Made by a program: the position numbers and the translations under genes
Assembly: GCA_944383275.1 (NCBI GenBank)
Contig: CALWOV010000004.1
Coordinates: 4,957 to 68,956 of the forward strand
Source: an uncultured Clostridia bacterium
Lineage (GTDB): Bacteria; Bacillota; Clostridia; Christensenellales; UBA1242
DNA: 64,000 nucleotides
Direction: 5' to 3'
Notes under the pieces: model-generated
What the model was told of the DNA's origin: nothing
The model's database searches: none
What the model saw: the letters and a program-made list of their open reading frames with translations, nothing else
Shown: positions 10,252-20,694 of the stretch, piece by piece
Layout of the letters: every line of letters begins with the position of its first letter
Position numbering within the stretch: position 1 is the first letter of the stretch

Positions 10252-10840
10252 TACAAACTCGTTTTAAATCTTGTTCAATTATATCCCAAACTGCATCAAG
10301 TTTATCTTTTTTAACTGAACTTGTTGCAATTATATCATCACGCCCTACACTTAAAACTGAAGATATAATATTAAGATTTTTAATTATTAAATTCTTTGAA
10401 ATTTTATCTGTTTTGGTTGCAATAATAGAAAATGGTATTTGATAATGATATAGATAATTAAGCATTTGTTTATCTTTTTCATTTGGTTCGTGTCGTATAT
10501 CAACAAGAACAAAAACTCGTAAAAGATTACTGCTGTTTTCAAGATAGGTGCCAATTAATTCTTGCCAAGCATTTTGCTCTTTCTTACTTCCCAAAGCAAA
10601 GCCGTAACCCGGCAAATCTATAAACTGAAAAGACTTATTAATTTCAAATACATTAATAAGTCTTGTTCTTCCCGGTGTTGAACTTGTTTTAGCAAGTTTA
10701 TTTCGGTTGCAAAGGGCATTTAGTAAACTTGATTTTCCAACATTACTTCTTCCGACAAAGGCAAACTGTGGTTTATTAAGTTCGCTTATTCTTGCAGAAT
10801 TTGCAATGCTTGTGATAAAATCGGCTGATTTAACTACCAT
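10241..10840 (-). CDS. engB: Ribosome biogenesis GTPase EngB/YsxC
   Basis: GRSNVGKSS, SSTPGRT, DLPGYG and TKTDK; follows lon as in many Firmicutes. Confidence 0.95.
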   Translation of the reverse strand: MVVKSADFITSIANSARISELNKPQFAFVGRSNVGKSSLLNALCNRNKLAKTSSTPGRTRLINVFEINKSFQFIDLPGYGFALGSKKEQNAWQELIGTYLENSSNLLRVFVLVDIRHEPNEKDKQMLNYLYHYQIPFSIIATKTDKISKNLIIKNLNIISSVLSVGRDDIIATSSVKKDKLDAVWDIIEQDLKRVCNGS

Positions 10841-10873
10841 ATGCCCTCCTGTGTTTATATAATTAATTTGTCT

Positions 10874-13333
10874 TTACTTGTTTTTGGTTTTCACTGTTTT
10901 CTTTTCAGAATTTTTGTTTTTAGTTTGTGATTTAGTTGCTTCCTTTTTTGTGTCTTGCGTTTTAGATTTAGATGCTTTTTCTGGTTCAAGAGCAATTTCT
11001 AAAACTTGTTCTATATGAGTTGCAAAATGAATATCAAAACTATCACGCACATTTTTTGGTAAATCTTTAAGGTCTTGCTCGTTATCTTTAGGAATAATTA
11101 TTGTTTTCATTCCACTTCTGTTTGCTGCAATAAGTTTATCTCTTATACCACCAACAGGCAACACTCTTCCCCTTAATGAAACTTCACCTGTCATTGCAAG
11201 CAATGGTTTTACTTTTCGGTTTGTAAATGCAGATGCTATTGCAACAACGGTTGTAATACCTGCACTTGGACCTTCAACACCATATGGCAATGCTGGATAG
11301 TGAATATGTAGGTCAATTTTATTAAACTCGGCTTTTATATTTAATTTATCTGCCATTTGTTTTATAAGTGAATATGCTGCATTAGCACTTTCTTGGCTAA
11401 CTTTGCCCATTTGACCAGTTAAAATAAGTTTTCCTGTTCCGTTTGTATAAGCACATTCAATAAGCAAGCAACTGCCGATTTCAGCAGCATTTGTTGCAAG
11501 CCCAACAACTTCACCAACATTTCCACCTTGAAATATTTTTTGTTCGTGATTATATTCATTGCCCAAAAACTCTCTAAAATTCTTTAAAGTTATTTCTTTA
11601 ATTGGTTTTTCTTCGGCAATATCTGTTGCATATTTTCTGCAAATTGCTGCGATTTGTCGCTCTAACCCACGAACACCAGATTCGTAAGTGTATTCTTGAA
11701 TTATTTTTCTTAAAAGTTCGTCATCTAATTTAACAGTTCCTTCCTTCAAACCACAAAGTTTTTCTTGCTTTGAAATTAAATGACGTTTTGCAATTTCTAT
11801 TTTTTCAAATTCTGTATAACTTCTTAACTCAATTATTTCCATACGGTCTAAAAGTGGTGCTGGAATAGTTCTTAAACTGTTTGCAGTTAAAACAAACAAA
11901 ACTTGTGATAAATCGTATGGAATTTCCAAAAAGTTGTCTTTAAAATGGTCATTTTGCGCAGGGTCTAGAACTTCAAGCAATGCACTTGCAGGGTCTCCTT
12001 TAATATCTCTTGAAAGTTTATCAATTTCATCAAGCAAGAAAACAGGGTTTATTGTTCCTGCTTGTTTCATACCTGCTAAAATTCTTCCACACATTGCACC
12101 AACATAGGTTCTTCGGTGTCCACGAATAACGCTTTCATCATTTACACCACCAAGCGAAACTTGAACGAACTTTCTGCCCATTGCCGTTGCAATAGATTTT
12201 GCAATAGAAGTTTTACCCACCCCCGGAGGTCCAACAAGACAGATAATTTGTGCACTTACTTTGTTTGTTAATTTCATTACAGCCAAACATTCAAGAATTC
12301 TTTTTTTAACTTTATCTAAAGCATAGTGTTCATCATCAAGCACTTTTTTTGCTTGTTGCATATCAAGGTTATCTTCAGTCTTTTGTGTCCAAGGTAAATC
12401 AAGCACGGTTTCTAAAAAGTTTCTTATGTAACCAAGTTCTGGTGAACCAAACGGAAGTTTTCCAAGTCTGTTAACTTCTTTTAAAACTTTTTCTTCTGAT
12501 TCTTTTGGAAGCCCAAGTGCTTTTACTTTGTTTGTAAAATCTTCAATTTCGTCAACATCGCCATTAAGTTCTTCATTTATAACATGAAGTTGCTCTCGCA
12601 AAAACATTTCTTTTTGATTTTTGCTTATATTTGCATTAACTTTTTCATCTATTTCGCGCTTCCACATTATGCTGCTGATAAACTTGTCCAAAGTGGCTTT
12701 TAAAAATTCCAGCCTTGTGCAAACATCTTGTTCTGCAAGTAACCTTTGTTGGTCTTTAACATTTTTGCAAAGCATATGTGTAATCATATCTGCAAACTGT
12801 GATGGTGGCAGATTTGAGTATAAAATTTGAGTTTCAATTTCTGGTGGTAAAAACCTGTCGAACTTACTTGCATCTCGACATTTTTCTTGAATTTCTCTCA
12901 TATAATTTTTTGCAAGTTGAGAATCTGCTCGTAAATCTTTCAACTCAACAGCAGAAATTATAAAATAAGCACCCATTTTGCTTATGTTTTCAATTTTAGC
13001 ACGAGCAACACCATCTAGCAATGCCTTTATTCCACCATTATTAAGTGGAGTTATTTTTTTAATTACGGCAAGACAACCATATTCAAAAATTTGGTCTGCA
13101 TCTGGTGCAATTTCGCCATTTTTGCTGGAAACTATTATAATTTTTTCGTCTTTATCATACGCTTCTTGCACACATTTAATTTCGCGTTCTCCTGTTAAAT
13201 CACAGGTTATGCCAACGCCTGGCACAGGCACAATATTTGTTAAATGCAATGCCACATATTGTTTAATTGGCTGAGCATTTATTTCATTTTCATTAGCATC
13301 AATTTTTTCAACATTTCCAACTATTTGTGTCAT
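10874..13333 (-). CDS. lon: Lon protease
   Basis: GPPGVGKTS, IRGHRRTYVGAM, LLDEIDK, catalytic GPSAG and LPVGGIRDK. Confidence 0.95.
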   Translation of the reverse strand: MTQIVGNVEKIDANENEINAQPIKQYVALHLTNIVPVPGVGITCDLTGEREIKCVQEAYDKDEKIIIVSSKNGEIAPDADQIFEYGCLAVIKKITPLNNGGIKALLDGVARAKIENISKMGAYFIISAVELKDLRADSQLAKNYMREIQEKCRDASKFDRFLPPEIETQILYSNLPPSQFADMITHMLCKNVKDQQRLLAEQDVCTRLEFLKATLDKFISSIMWKREIDEKVNANISKNQKEMFLREQLHVINEELNGDVDEIEDFTNKVKALGLPKESEEKVLKEVNRLGKLPFGSPELGYIRNFLETVLDLPWTQKTEDNLDMQQAKKVLDDEHYALDKVKKRILECLAVMKLTNKVSAQIICLVGPPGVGKTSIAKSIATAMGRKFVQVSLGGVNDESVIRGHRRTYVGAMCGRILAGMKQAGTINPVFLLDEIDKLSRDIKGDPASALLEVLDPAQNDHFKDNFLEIPYDLSQVLFVLTANSLRTIPAPLLDRMEIIELRSYTEFEKIEIAKRHLISKQEKLCGLKEGTVKLDDELLRKIIQEYTYESGVRGLERQIAAICRKYATDIAEEKPIKEITLKNFREFLGNEYNHEQKIFQGGNVGEVVGLATNAAEIGSCLLIECAYTNGTGKLILTGQMGKVSQESANAAYSLIKQMADKLNIKAEFNKIDLHIHYPALPYGVEGPSAGITTVVAIASAFTNRKVKPLLAMTGEVSLRGRVLPVGGIRDKLIAANRSGMKTIIIPKDNEQDLKDLPKNVRDSFDIHFATHIEQVLEIALEPEKASKSKTQDTKKEATKSQTKNKNSEKKTVKTKNK

Positions 13334-13663
13334 TTATTACCTCTCTTTAAAATCTTACTTATTAGTATAACCGAAATCGGTTAAAAAATCAACAAAAACA
13401 ACTTAAATTACAAATATCTTTAATATATTTGCTTCTATTAAACGCATATAGTAATGTATTTATTTGTTTTATTTTATATAAAGTTTATGATTATTCAATA
13501 AATATAATTTTATTTTACAAATTACTTGCTTATTCGACATAATTTAAGATATAATTTTTTCGTATAAATTATTTTTAGCAATTAAAAATAATTGAATTTA
13601 TGATTTTAATAAATCATAACTGCTCTTAAATTGAGTGTAAAATAAATTATAAAGGAGAATTTA

Positions 13664-14533
13664 ATGACAGTTATACTTACCGACCCAGGCAGTGATATTT
13701 GGCCTGAACTTGCAAATGAATATGGAATTGAATACATTGATATGCCATATTTTATTGAAAACGATGAATATATGGCTGGAAAAAATTTTGACAGCAAAGC
13801 ATTTTATAGTGCAATGCGAGAAGGTAAAAATGTTACAACAAGTTCACTAAATCCACAACTTTATGAAAGCGTTTTAACACCTTATCTTGAAAAGGGCCAA
13901 GATGTTTTATATCTTCACTTCTCTGGTCAACTTTCGGGAACATTTAACCATTTAAAAACAGCAGTTGATATTTTAAAAGAAAAATTTCCAGAAAGAAAAA
14001 TTGCTTTTGTTGACACAAAAAATATAAGTATGGGTGCAGGTCTATTAATACTTGATGTTGCAAAATTAAATCAAAATGGTATGCCTTTTGATGAACTTGT
14101 TACTTTTGCTGAACAAAATAAAGGAAATTACTCAACTTATTTTTATGTTGATAATCTTAAATATCTTGTTCGTGGTGGAAGAATATCAAAGGTTACCGGT
14201 TTTGTTGGTTCGCTTTTAAACATAAAGCCCCTGCTTCATAGTTCTGCAGATGGAAAAATTGAATCTATAGGAAAAGTTAAAGGTAAAAAAGCAGCAATGC
14301 AAGAACTTGTTAACTATATGAAGAAATTTGGAAATAATGAAGCAAAGCATAAAATGGTTGTATTGCACGCCGATGCTGAAGAAGATGGCAAAGCATTATA
14401 TGAGTTGGTTAGAAAAGAATATGGCGATGATGCTGAAATTTTATTTGGCTCAGTTGGTCCTATTGTTGGAACGCACTGTGGTCCTGGAACTTGTGCAGTA
14501 TTCTTTTATGGTAAACCACAAGTTATAAATTAA
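13664..14533 (+). CDS. DegV family fatty-acid-binding protein (FakB-like)
   Basis: TTSS, SGQLSGT, LVRGGRI and VGTHCGPG motifs; AAGGAG SD. Confidence 0.92.
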   Translation: MTVILTDPGSDIWPELANEYGIEYIDMPYFIENDEYMAGKNFDSKAFYSAMREGKNVTTSSLNPQLYESVLTPYLEKGQDVLYLHFSGQLSGTFNHLKTAVDILKEKFPERKIAFVDTKNISMGAGLLILDVAKLNQNGMPFDELVTFAEQNKGNYSTYFYVDNLKYLVRGGRISKVTGFVGSLLNIKPLLHSSADGKIESIGKVKGKKAAMQELVNYMKKFGNNEAKHKMVVLHADAEEDGKALYELVRKEYGDDAEILFGSVGPIVGTHCGPGTCAVFFYGKPQVIN

Positions 14534-14670
14534 TAATTTAAAATAACTGATTAATAAACAAAATGTAAGATTAAGAATTTTAATTTTTAAAAGTAAAATA
14601 TAATTAATTTTAATTAAATTTATTAATTTTTTACAATCAAAAAATAAAATTATAAATTTTTATAAAAACA

Positions 14671-14698
14671 AAAAATCTCATTTAAAATGAGATTTTTT
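14671..14698. terminator. Bidirectional intrinsic terminator
   Basis: aaaaatctcattt-a-aaatgagattttt hairpin between convergent genes. Confidence 0.75.
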
Positions 14699-14700
14699 TA

Positions 14701-15342
14701 TTACATTTGTCGTTCTTGAACTTGCATCTGTTGCTCTGATTTATTTTCAGCTTTTTTAATGGTTTTTATTTTTCTATTTTTATTTAGATTATTTTCTTTT
14801 AAATATTTTTTCTCACATTCTCTTGCAAGTTTATATGGAATTTCGTCAAGATATTTATAGTATGCATCTGTTTTTAAACTTTCTTTTGAAACTTTAGGAT
14901 TGACTAGATTATTTATTGACACACCAGCCCCTATAAACGCCAAAAGCATTCCAAAAGCTGATAACGAATCAGAAGTTAATGAATCTATTTTTGACATTGA
15001 AGACAAAACCAATGAAGTTGATACCAATGATATTGCTGCAACAGAAATTGGTAAGCCAGTTTTTAAAATAATATCTTTATTCTCTTTTTTAAAAATATTA
15101 GGTTGTTCAATATTAAAAAATTTTCTAGCAAACATTTCGTGTGTAATTTTAGCTAAACTATCCAACTCTTCACTACTTAAAAAAGACTTACTACTAAACA
15201 TTTTTTGTCTAGTATCTTTATAAGTTTCGTAATACTTTGTTGAAATTTCTTTATTAATTTCTTCTAATTCTTTTTGTGTTTTTTCTTGTTTTCTTTTTTC
15301 TACTTTTTGTCGTAAACTATGATATATATCAGATTCTTCCAT
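14701..15342 (-). CDS. Orphan protein with central two-helix hydrophobic hairpin
   Basis: 213-aa ORF with AAGGA SD, two hydrophobic segments, no signal peptide; ends -ERQM. Confidence 0.7.
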   Translation of the reverse strand: MEESDIYHSLRQKVEKRKQEKTQKELEEINKEISTKYYETYKDTRQKMFSSKSFLSSEELDSLAKITHEMFARKFFNIEQPNIFKKENKDIILKTGLPISVAAISLVSTSLVLSSMSKIDSLTSDSLSAFGMLLAFIGAGVSINNLVNPKVSKESLKTDAYYKYLDEIPYKLARECEKKYLKENNLNKNRKIKTIKKAENKSEQQMQVQERQM

Positions 15343-15369
15343 TTCATTCCTTAATTAAAAATCAAAATT

Positions 15370-15398
15370 AGTATATACCAAAACTATAAAATTGTCAA
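15370..15398 (-). promoter_or_regulatory. SigA-type promoter of the orphan gene
   Basis: TTGACA-17bp-TATACT on the minus strand. Confidence 0.7.
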
Positions 15399-15477
15399 TA
15401 TATAATTATTATATTTTATAACATTTTTAAAATTAACAAGAAAATAAAAAAATTATAACACTTTGCTATAATTTTTA

Positions 15478-16212
15478 TTATCCATTTTCTTTATTTAAAA
15501 AAACCGATTTCATATTTTCTATAATTTTATTTTCTAAGCGAGAAACCTGAACTTGTGAAACACCAAGTTCTTTTGCAATTTCACTTTGAGTCTTATCACG
15601 GTAATATCTTAATATAATTATCTTTCTTTCTCTTGGCTCTAAATTTTGAATTAATTGTTTTAAAACAAAATGGTCAACCATTTGTTCATCATCTTTTTCG
15701 TCTGAAATTTTATCTTGCAAAGTTAAGCCTTGCTCATCAGACGAATCTACAGTTGATGACAAACTTACAGGATAAACGCCAGAATCTAATGCAAAAACAA
15801 CTTCTTGTGGTTCTATTTGAAAATTTTTCGCAATTTCATCTATATCTGGTTCTTTCCCCAACTTCCTTTGTTCATCAACCCACTTCTTTATTTGTAAGGA
15901 TAACGATTTCATTGCTCTGCTAACCTTTATATAACCATCATCACGCAGAAATCTTTTAACTTCTCCAGCAATCATTGGAACAGCATAAGTAGAAAATCGA
16001 ACATTAAACTTTTCATCAAAATTATTAATTGCTTTAACGAAACCAACGCAACCTAATTGAAATAAATCATCATAATCTACGCCCTTATTTTTATATCGCC
16101 TTATAACACTTTTTACCAAAGGATAATTTTGATTTATTAATTCGTTCTTAGCCTCGTTATCGCCCTGCTTTGCAAGTTTTATTAAAGCAAGTGTTTGCGT
16201 TGCATCAACCAT
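15478..16212 (-). CDS. sigF: Forespore sigma factor SigF
   Basis: DLFQLGCVG, FSTYAVPMIAGEVKRFLRDDG and TQSEIAKELGVSQVQVSRLE; third gene of the spoIIA operon; ATG at 16212 follows GGAGG. Confidence 0.9.
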   Translation of the reverse strand: MVDATQTLALIKLAKQGDNEAKNELINQNYPLVKSVIRRYKNKGVDYDDLFQLGCVGFVKAINNFDEKFNVRFSTYAVPMIAGEVKRFLRDDGYIKVSRAMKSLSLQIKKWVDEQRKLGKEPDIDEIAKNFQIEPQEVVFALDSGVYPVSLSSTVDSSDEQGLTLQDKISDEKDDEQMVDHFVLKQLIQNLEPRERKIIILRYYRDKTQSEIAKELGVSQVQVSRLENKIIENMKSVFLNKENG

Positions 16213-16213
16213 A

Positions 16214-16663
16214 TTAACCTCCACATACTGCTGTTTTTTTGCCGTGAAGTTTTTTTGTCATAACAACTTCTACTCCTTGATTTTTTTCACATTTTACTGA
16301 AACAGTATCCATAAAACTTTCCATAACCGTAAACCCCATTCCTGCGCGTTCATCACTTTGTTTTGTTGTGAAGAAAGGTTCGCGTGCTTGCTCTATATCA
16401 TTTATTCCAACGCCCCAATCTTTCACTTTTATGGTTACAGTTTGCGCATTTAAACCAACCCAAACTTCTATTTCCCCAAGATGTTTAGGATAAGCGTGAA
16501 CAACGCAGTTTGTAACTGCTTCACTAACTGCTGTTTTTATATCGGTTATTTCATCTAAAGTTGGATTTAACTGAGCACAAAACGCAGCAACTGCGCTTCT
16601 TGCAAAACTTTCATTTATAGATAAAGAATCAAACTTTAATTGCATTTGATTTTCAAATTTCAT
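16214..16663 (-). CDS. spoIIAB: Anti-sigma F factor / serine kinase
   Basis: NESFARSAVAAF, IKTAVSEAVTNCVVHAY and ERAGMGFTVMESFMD. Confidence 0.95.
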   Translation of the reverse strand: MKFENQMQLKFDSLSINESFARSAVAAFCAQLNPTLDEITDIKTAVSEAVTNCVVHAYPKHLGEIEVWVGLNAQTVTIKVKDWGVGINDIEQAREPFFTTKQSDERAGMGFTVMESFMDTVSVKCEKNQGVEVVMTKKLHGKKTAVCGG

Positions 16664-16710
16664 AACATACATCCTTTTAAATATTTTTAACTTATTTTTT
16701 TATTTTAAAC

Positions 16711-17019
16711 CTAATTTATTCTTGGCATTATTTCATACATAGCAGTCATTTTAAATATTTTATCTGCGTGTGGAGATGGATTAGAAATGAAAACAGGAAT
16801 TCCCCTTTCTTTCATTTTTTTATAGCGTCCAATCATAACGCCGATGCCTGTTGAATCCATAAATTCTAGTTCAGATAAATCTATAATGACCTGCTTGAAT
16901 AAACCATCTCGTAATTGCTCGTCCATTGCCTTTCTTGCATAGGTTGCACTATGTTCATCAAGTTCTCCGTGTATACTTAAATATAAAGTATCTTGAAATA
17001 TTCTTGAGTTAACCTGCAT
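16711..17019 (-). CDS. spoIIAA: Anti-anti-sigma F factor
   Basis: STAS domain with GELDEH and FMDSTGIGVMIGRYK. Confidence 0.93.
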   Translation of the reverse strand: MQVNSRIFQDTLYLSIHGELDEHSATYARKAMDEQLRDGLFKQVIIDLSELEFMDSTGIGVMIGRYKKMKERGIPVFISNPSPHADKIFKMTAMYEIMPRIN

Positions 17020-17246
17020 ATTATTTCCCCCTATTAAAACTTTAATAAGTATAACAATTTAAGAAATTAAAAAAATAAAATAAAAACGCGTAAAAACTCT
17101 TTTTTACACGCTTTTTGATATAATTTTTTAATTTTATTTAAATTTATACTTTGAAAAATAAAACTTTAATATAAAAATAATTTACATTAATTACTTTAAC
17201 TGAATTTAAAAGTTATAGATAAAATTTAGTAAAATTTAATTTGATA

Positions 17247-18413
17247 CTAATTACTATTCCAATAATTTATATATTCATAGGCATTAAAAGCATTAATTAT
17301 GCCACTGCCACAAGCATTTGGCTCTTCACACACTTTAATTGCTGAACGCATTAAAACCGATTTTATTTGATTAGGTGTTAAAAAAGGATATTTACAAAGT
17401 AACAAAGCACACACACCAGCAACAACAGGCGTTGACACACTTGTGCCACTCATAACAGTATAGAAGTTAGTATCGTTAGAAGTTGATGTTAAATCTACAC
17501 CCGGAGCAATTAGGTCTGGCTTAACAAAAGAAAAGCACGGACCTCGTGAACTAAACGGTGCAACCTTTATTTCACTGTTTTCGGTTGAAGTATCAGCACT
17601 TCCAACTGTTATAATTTTAGGGCTAGCCCCAGGGCTTTTAACAGTTCCCTCTTCTGGACCATCATTTCCACTTGCACTTACAACAACGATTCCTAAATCC
17701 CACAAAACTTCTGCACCTTTAATTAATGGGTCGTTTTTATCAAGTGGTGAACTGCCAAAACTCATACAAACAACTTTTATATTATATTTTTCTTTATTTT
17801 CGGCAATCCATTGCATAGCATCAAGTATTGTAAAAACTTGTGTTTCCCCATTTTTATCTAGTGCTTTTAAAATAACCAAATCACAAAATGGTGCTATTCC
17901 ACAATATTTTTTATAATTTGATATTCCACTGCTGGCTAAAACACCCGAAACAAATGTTCCGTGCCCGTTGTCATCATACATCACATTTTTATTATTAATA
18001 AAATCTTTAAACAATTTTATTCTATTTTTGGCAAATAAAAAATCTAGGTGCGAATAGCAACCTGTATCAATTACGGCAACAGTAACATTTTGCCCATAAA
18101 TTCCTTGTTTAAAAAGTTTATCTACTTCAATTAATTTGCGTGTTTTATCAAGCAAAACACTTGCTTTTTGAACACTAGATACAAAACTAACCCAAGAAAA
18201 CTCACTTAAAAAACAAAGTTCTTTTTGCTTTATTTCTAAGCCCAAAGCATTTAAAAAAGGATATTCACCTAAGATGCTTTCTTTTCCAAAAAGCAATTCG
18301 CATTTTTCTTTTGCAAAATTAAAATCTTTAACCCAAATAACACATTTAATATTTTGATTATCTAAAACATATACACTAGACAAAAGCGCAGAATCTATTT
18401 TTGAATAATTCAA
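17247..18413 (-). CDS. S8 subtilisin-family serine protease (AprX-like, no signal peptide)
   Basis: Catalytic triad motifs VAVIDTG, DDNGHGT and MSGTS; TTG start. Confidence 0.9.
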   Translation of the reverse strand: MNYSKIDSALLSSVYVLDNQNIKCVIWVKDFNFAKEKCELLFGKESILGEYPFLNALGLEIKQKELCFLSEFSWVSFVSSVQKASVLLDKTRKLIEVDKLFKQGIYGQNVTVAVIDTGCYSHLDFLFAKNRIKLFKDFINNKNVMYDDNGHGTFVSGVLASSGISNYKKYCGIAPFCDLVILKALDKNGETQVFTILDAMQWIAENKEKYNIKVVCMSFGSSPLDKNDPLIKGAEVLWDLGIVVVSASGNDGPEEGTVKSPGASPKIITVGSADTSTENSEIKVAPFSSRGPCFSFVKPDLIAPGVDLTSTSNDTNFYTVMSGTSVSTPVVAGVCALLLCKYPFLTPNQIKSVLMRSAIKVCEEPNACGSGIINAFNAYEYINYWNSN

Positions 18414-18414
18414 C

Positions 18415-18720
18415 TTAATCTAAATAATTTAAAAGTTGATACATTTTTGCTCTTTGCTCGTCTGTAAGCAAAGGCGCAATTTGTTCTGCGGCTTTTCTTA
18501 TCTGATTTGCATCAAAAGTGCCTTCTTTTTTCTTTTGTTGTATAAGTTTAAACATCTCTTTTAAAAGTTGGTCTTCTTCCATATTGCCATATCTTTTTAC
18601 AAATTCGGTTACTAAATCGCCGTATTCTTCTTTGGTTTCTTCCATTGTTTTCTTTTCTTTAAATTCATTTTCATTTTCGTTTTTAGGTAACTCTGTTTTT
18701 GCAAAATCTTTAATATCCAT
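18415..18720 (-). CDS. Small hypothetical protein, probably co-transcribed with the subtilase
   Basis: 101-aa ORF with AAGGA SD; its stop lies 1 nt from the subtilase start. Confidence 0.75.
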   Translation of the reverse strand: MDIKDFAKTELPKNENENEFKEKKTMEETKEEYGDLVTEFVKRYGNMEEDQLLKEMFKLIQQKKKEGTFDANQIRKAAEQIAPLLTDEQRAKMYQLLNYLD

Positions 18721-18762
18721 AAGAAATTCCTTTTATGTAGATTAAAACTGATTTATCAGTTT

Positions 18763-18800
18763 TCACTTTCTATTATATGAAAGCATATATATATTTGACA
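18763..18800. promoter_or_regulatory. Overlapping divergent sporulation-type promoters (SigE-like on minus, SigK-like on plus)
   Basis: Minus strand: TCAAAT-13bp-CATATAAT. Plus strand: AC-17bp-CATATAT. Confidence 0.35.
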
Positions 18801-18817
18801 TTACAAGGGGGTATGCT

Positions 18818-19315
18818 ATGTTCGACTTTTCAAAATTGCTTGAAATTTTGCCAAGCGTTTTAAACATTTTTAGTCAACTAAATTCCCCTACTAAATCTTC
18901 ATCTAATAACGATTTTAATAATATTAATTCTGAAAATTATGCTCAAAATTATCATAACAACAACAACAATGATAACAATCAAAACGATTATTATGAAAAC
19001 TTTGCTTCAAACCCATATTGGCAGTTACCAAACTATAACTATGCGCAAAACACGCATAATTTGAATACTATGCAGTTTCAAAATTTGAATAACACTGATA
19101 GAAATAATATGTATAACAATTCTTCAAATACATACAACGAACCACTGCCCAAAAATGAAGAAAAAACTGAAAACAAAAGCATTGATATAATGCAAATGGT
19201 TGGACTTGTTAGTAAACTTTTAGAATTATTTCCTAAAAAAGAAAATAAAAAAGAAGAAGTTTCAACTTCTTCTATAAACAATTTAACAAAAACAGATAAT
19301 TATAATTTTAACTGA
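18818..19315 (+). CDS. Asn-rich low-complexity hypothetical protein (possibly spore-associated)
   Basis: 165-aa ORF with AGGGGG SD; Asn/Gln/Tyr-rich core flanked by two amphipathic helices. Confidence 0.65.
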   Translation: MFDFSKLLEILPSVLNIFSQLNSPTKSSSNNDFNNINSENYAQNYHNNNNNDNNQNDYYENFASNPYWQLPNYNYAQNTHNLNTMQFQNLNNTDRNNMYNNSSNTYNEPLPKNEEKTENKSIDIMQMVGLVSKLLELFPKKENKKEEVSTSSINNLTKTDNYNFN

Positions 19316-19670
19316 TATTTTTATTTGTTTTAAACTTATGTAATTCCATTATAACTTGTAAAGTTAAAGCATCTTCAAATTTTCTAATGTCAAGCCCAAG
19401 TATTTTTTCTATTTTTTCTATTCTATATAATAAAGTGTTGCGATGCATATAGCCAGACTTGCTTGCCTGACTTATATTAAGATTGCTTTGAAAAAAATGT
19501 TCAGCAGTATAAACAAGTTCTTCATCGCTTAAAAATTTTTTAACATTTTCGTCATTCATAATACTGTCGCAACAAGTTGCGCCTTTTTTATTAAGGTTTA
19601 AAATTAAATTTTTCAGTAAAGACGAATTTTCTGCAATAAACTGTTTTAAATTAACTGTCAATTTATTCAC
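19308..19670 (-). CDS. PucR/CdaR-type C-terminal HTH protein
   Basis: FFQSNLNISQAS...HRNTLLYRIEKIEKILGLDIR matches the PucR HTH pattern. Confidence 0.85.
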   Translation of the reverse strand: MNKLTVNLKQFIAENSSLLKNLILNLNKKGATCCDSIMNDENVKKFLSDEELVYTAEHFFQSNLNISQASKSGYMHRNTLLYRIEKIEKILGLDIRKFEDALTLQVIMELHKFKTNKNIS

Positions 19671-20313
19671 CTTCTAAACTACCAGAATTAATTTTAATAA
19701 CTCGGCTTACCATTTGTTCCCAATTATCTATTTTGCTGCAAGCAACTATAACAACACTGTTTTTATTCATTTCTACTAATTTAGTAAAAGCCTTTTTTAT
19801 TTTTTCAAAAGTTTTTGCTTCAACATTAAGTTCAATATCATCACAAAGAATTATATCAAGTGGTCTTAAAGCAAGCCTTGCAATTTGCACCAATCTTCTA
19901 TCACTTGTGCACAAAGTTCCTGTTTTCTCATTTTTTAAATGAGAAATTTCAAATTCATTTAGAACTTTATTTATTTGTTCGTCCCATAAATCTTTATTTA
20001 CATTGCGAATTTTTAAAACATATGCTAAATTTTTATAAACTGATTTACTTTCCATAAAAACAGCCTTACTTGTTATATATCCAAGATTAACATCTGTTTC
20101 AAAATTGATTTTCATTATAGGTTTGTTATTTATATATGCTTCACCCTTTTTTTGCTTTTCAAGACCAGCAATAATTCGCAATAACGCTGTTTTACCACTT
20201 CCTTCCTGCCCCAAAAGTGCAACTTTTTCGCCTTTTTTTATTTTTAAAGAAATGTCATATAACGCATAATATTCTTTATTATAGGCAAGAAACACATTTT
20301 TTAATTCAATCAT
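19663..20313 (-). CDS. Degenerate ABC-type ATPase
   Basis: Walker A GQEGSGKT intact; signature replaced by LCTSD; Walker B ILCDD; no H-loop histidine. Confidence 0.75.
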   Translation of the reverse strand: MIELKNVFLAYNKEYYALYDISLKIKKGEKVALLGQEGSGKTALLRIIAGLEKQKKGEAYINNKPIMKINFETDVNLGYITSKAVFMESKSVYKNLAYVLKIRNVNKDLWDEQINKVLNEFEISHLKNEKTGTLCTSDRRLVQIARLALRPLDIILCDDIELNVEAKTFEKIKKAFTKLVEMNKNSVVIVACSKIDNWEQMVSRVIKINSGSLEGE

Positions 20314-20694
20314 AAAGCAAACTCCCTTTATGCATTATTTTACTATTTTTATTTATTTTTTTCAACTGTTTTTATAATATTAACACTAATAAAATAAAAT
20401 TAAAAATAGATTAATCTTTTTATTTATACACTTATGTGTTTTTATAGATTTATTATAATAAATATTAAATAACATTTATAAAATTATAAAATAACTTAAC
20501 TTAATAATATTTTATTTTATCTATCATCTAACATTTTTTAAAACAGTTTTTATCTAAACTATAAATTAAATAATAAAAATATTGTAATTTTTTGTATATA
20601 GATTTATAAAAAAATTTTTTTACCTTATTTGCTAGCAAAAATTAATTAACTTTGTTATACTTAGATTAAATTAATATTAATCGGAGATGTAATT

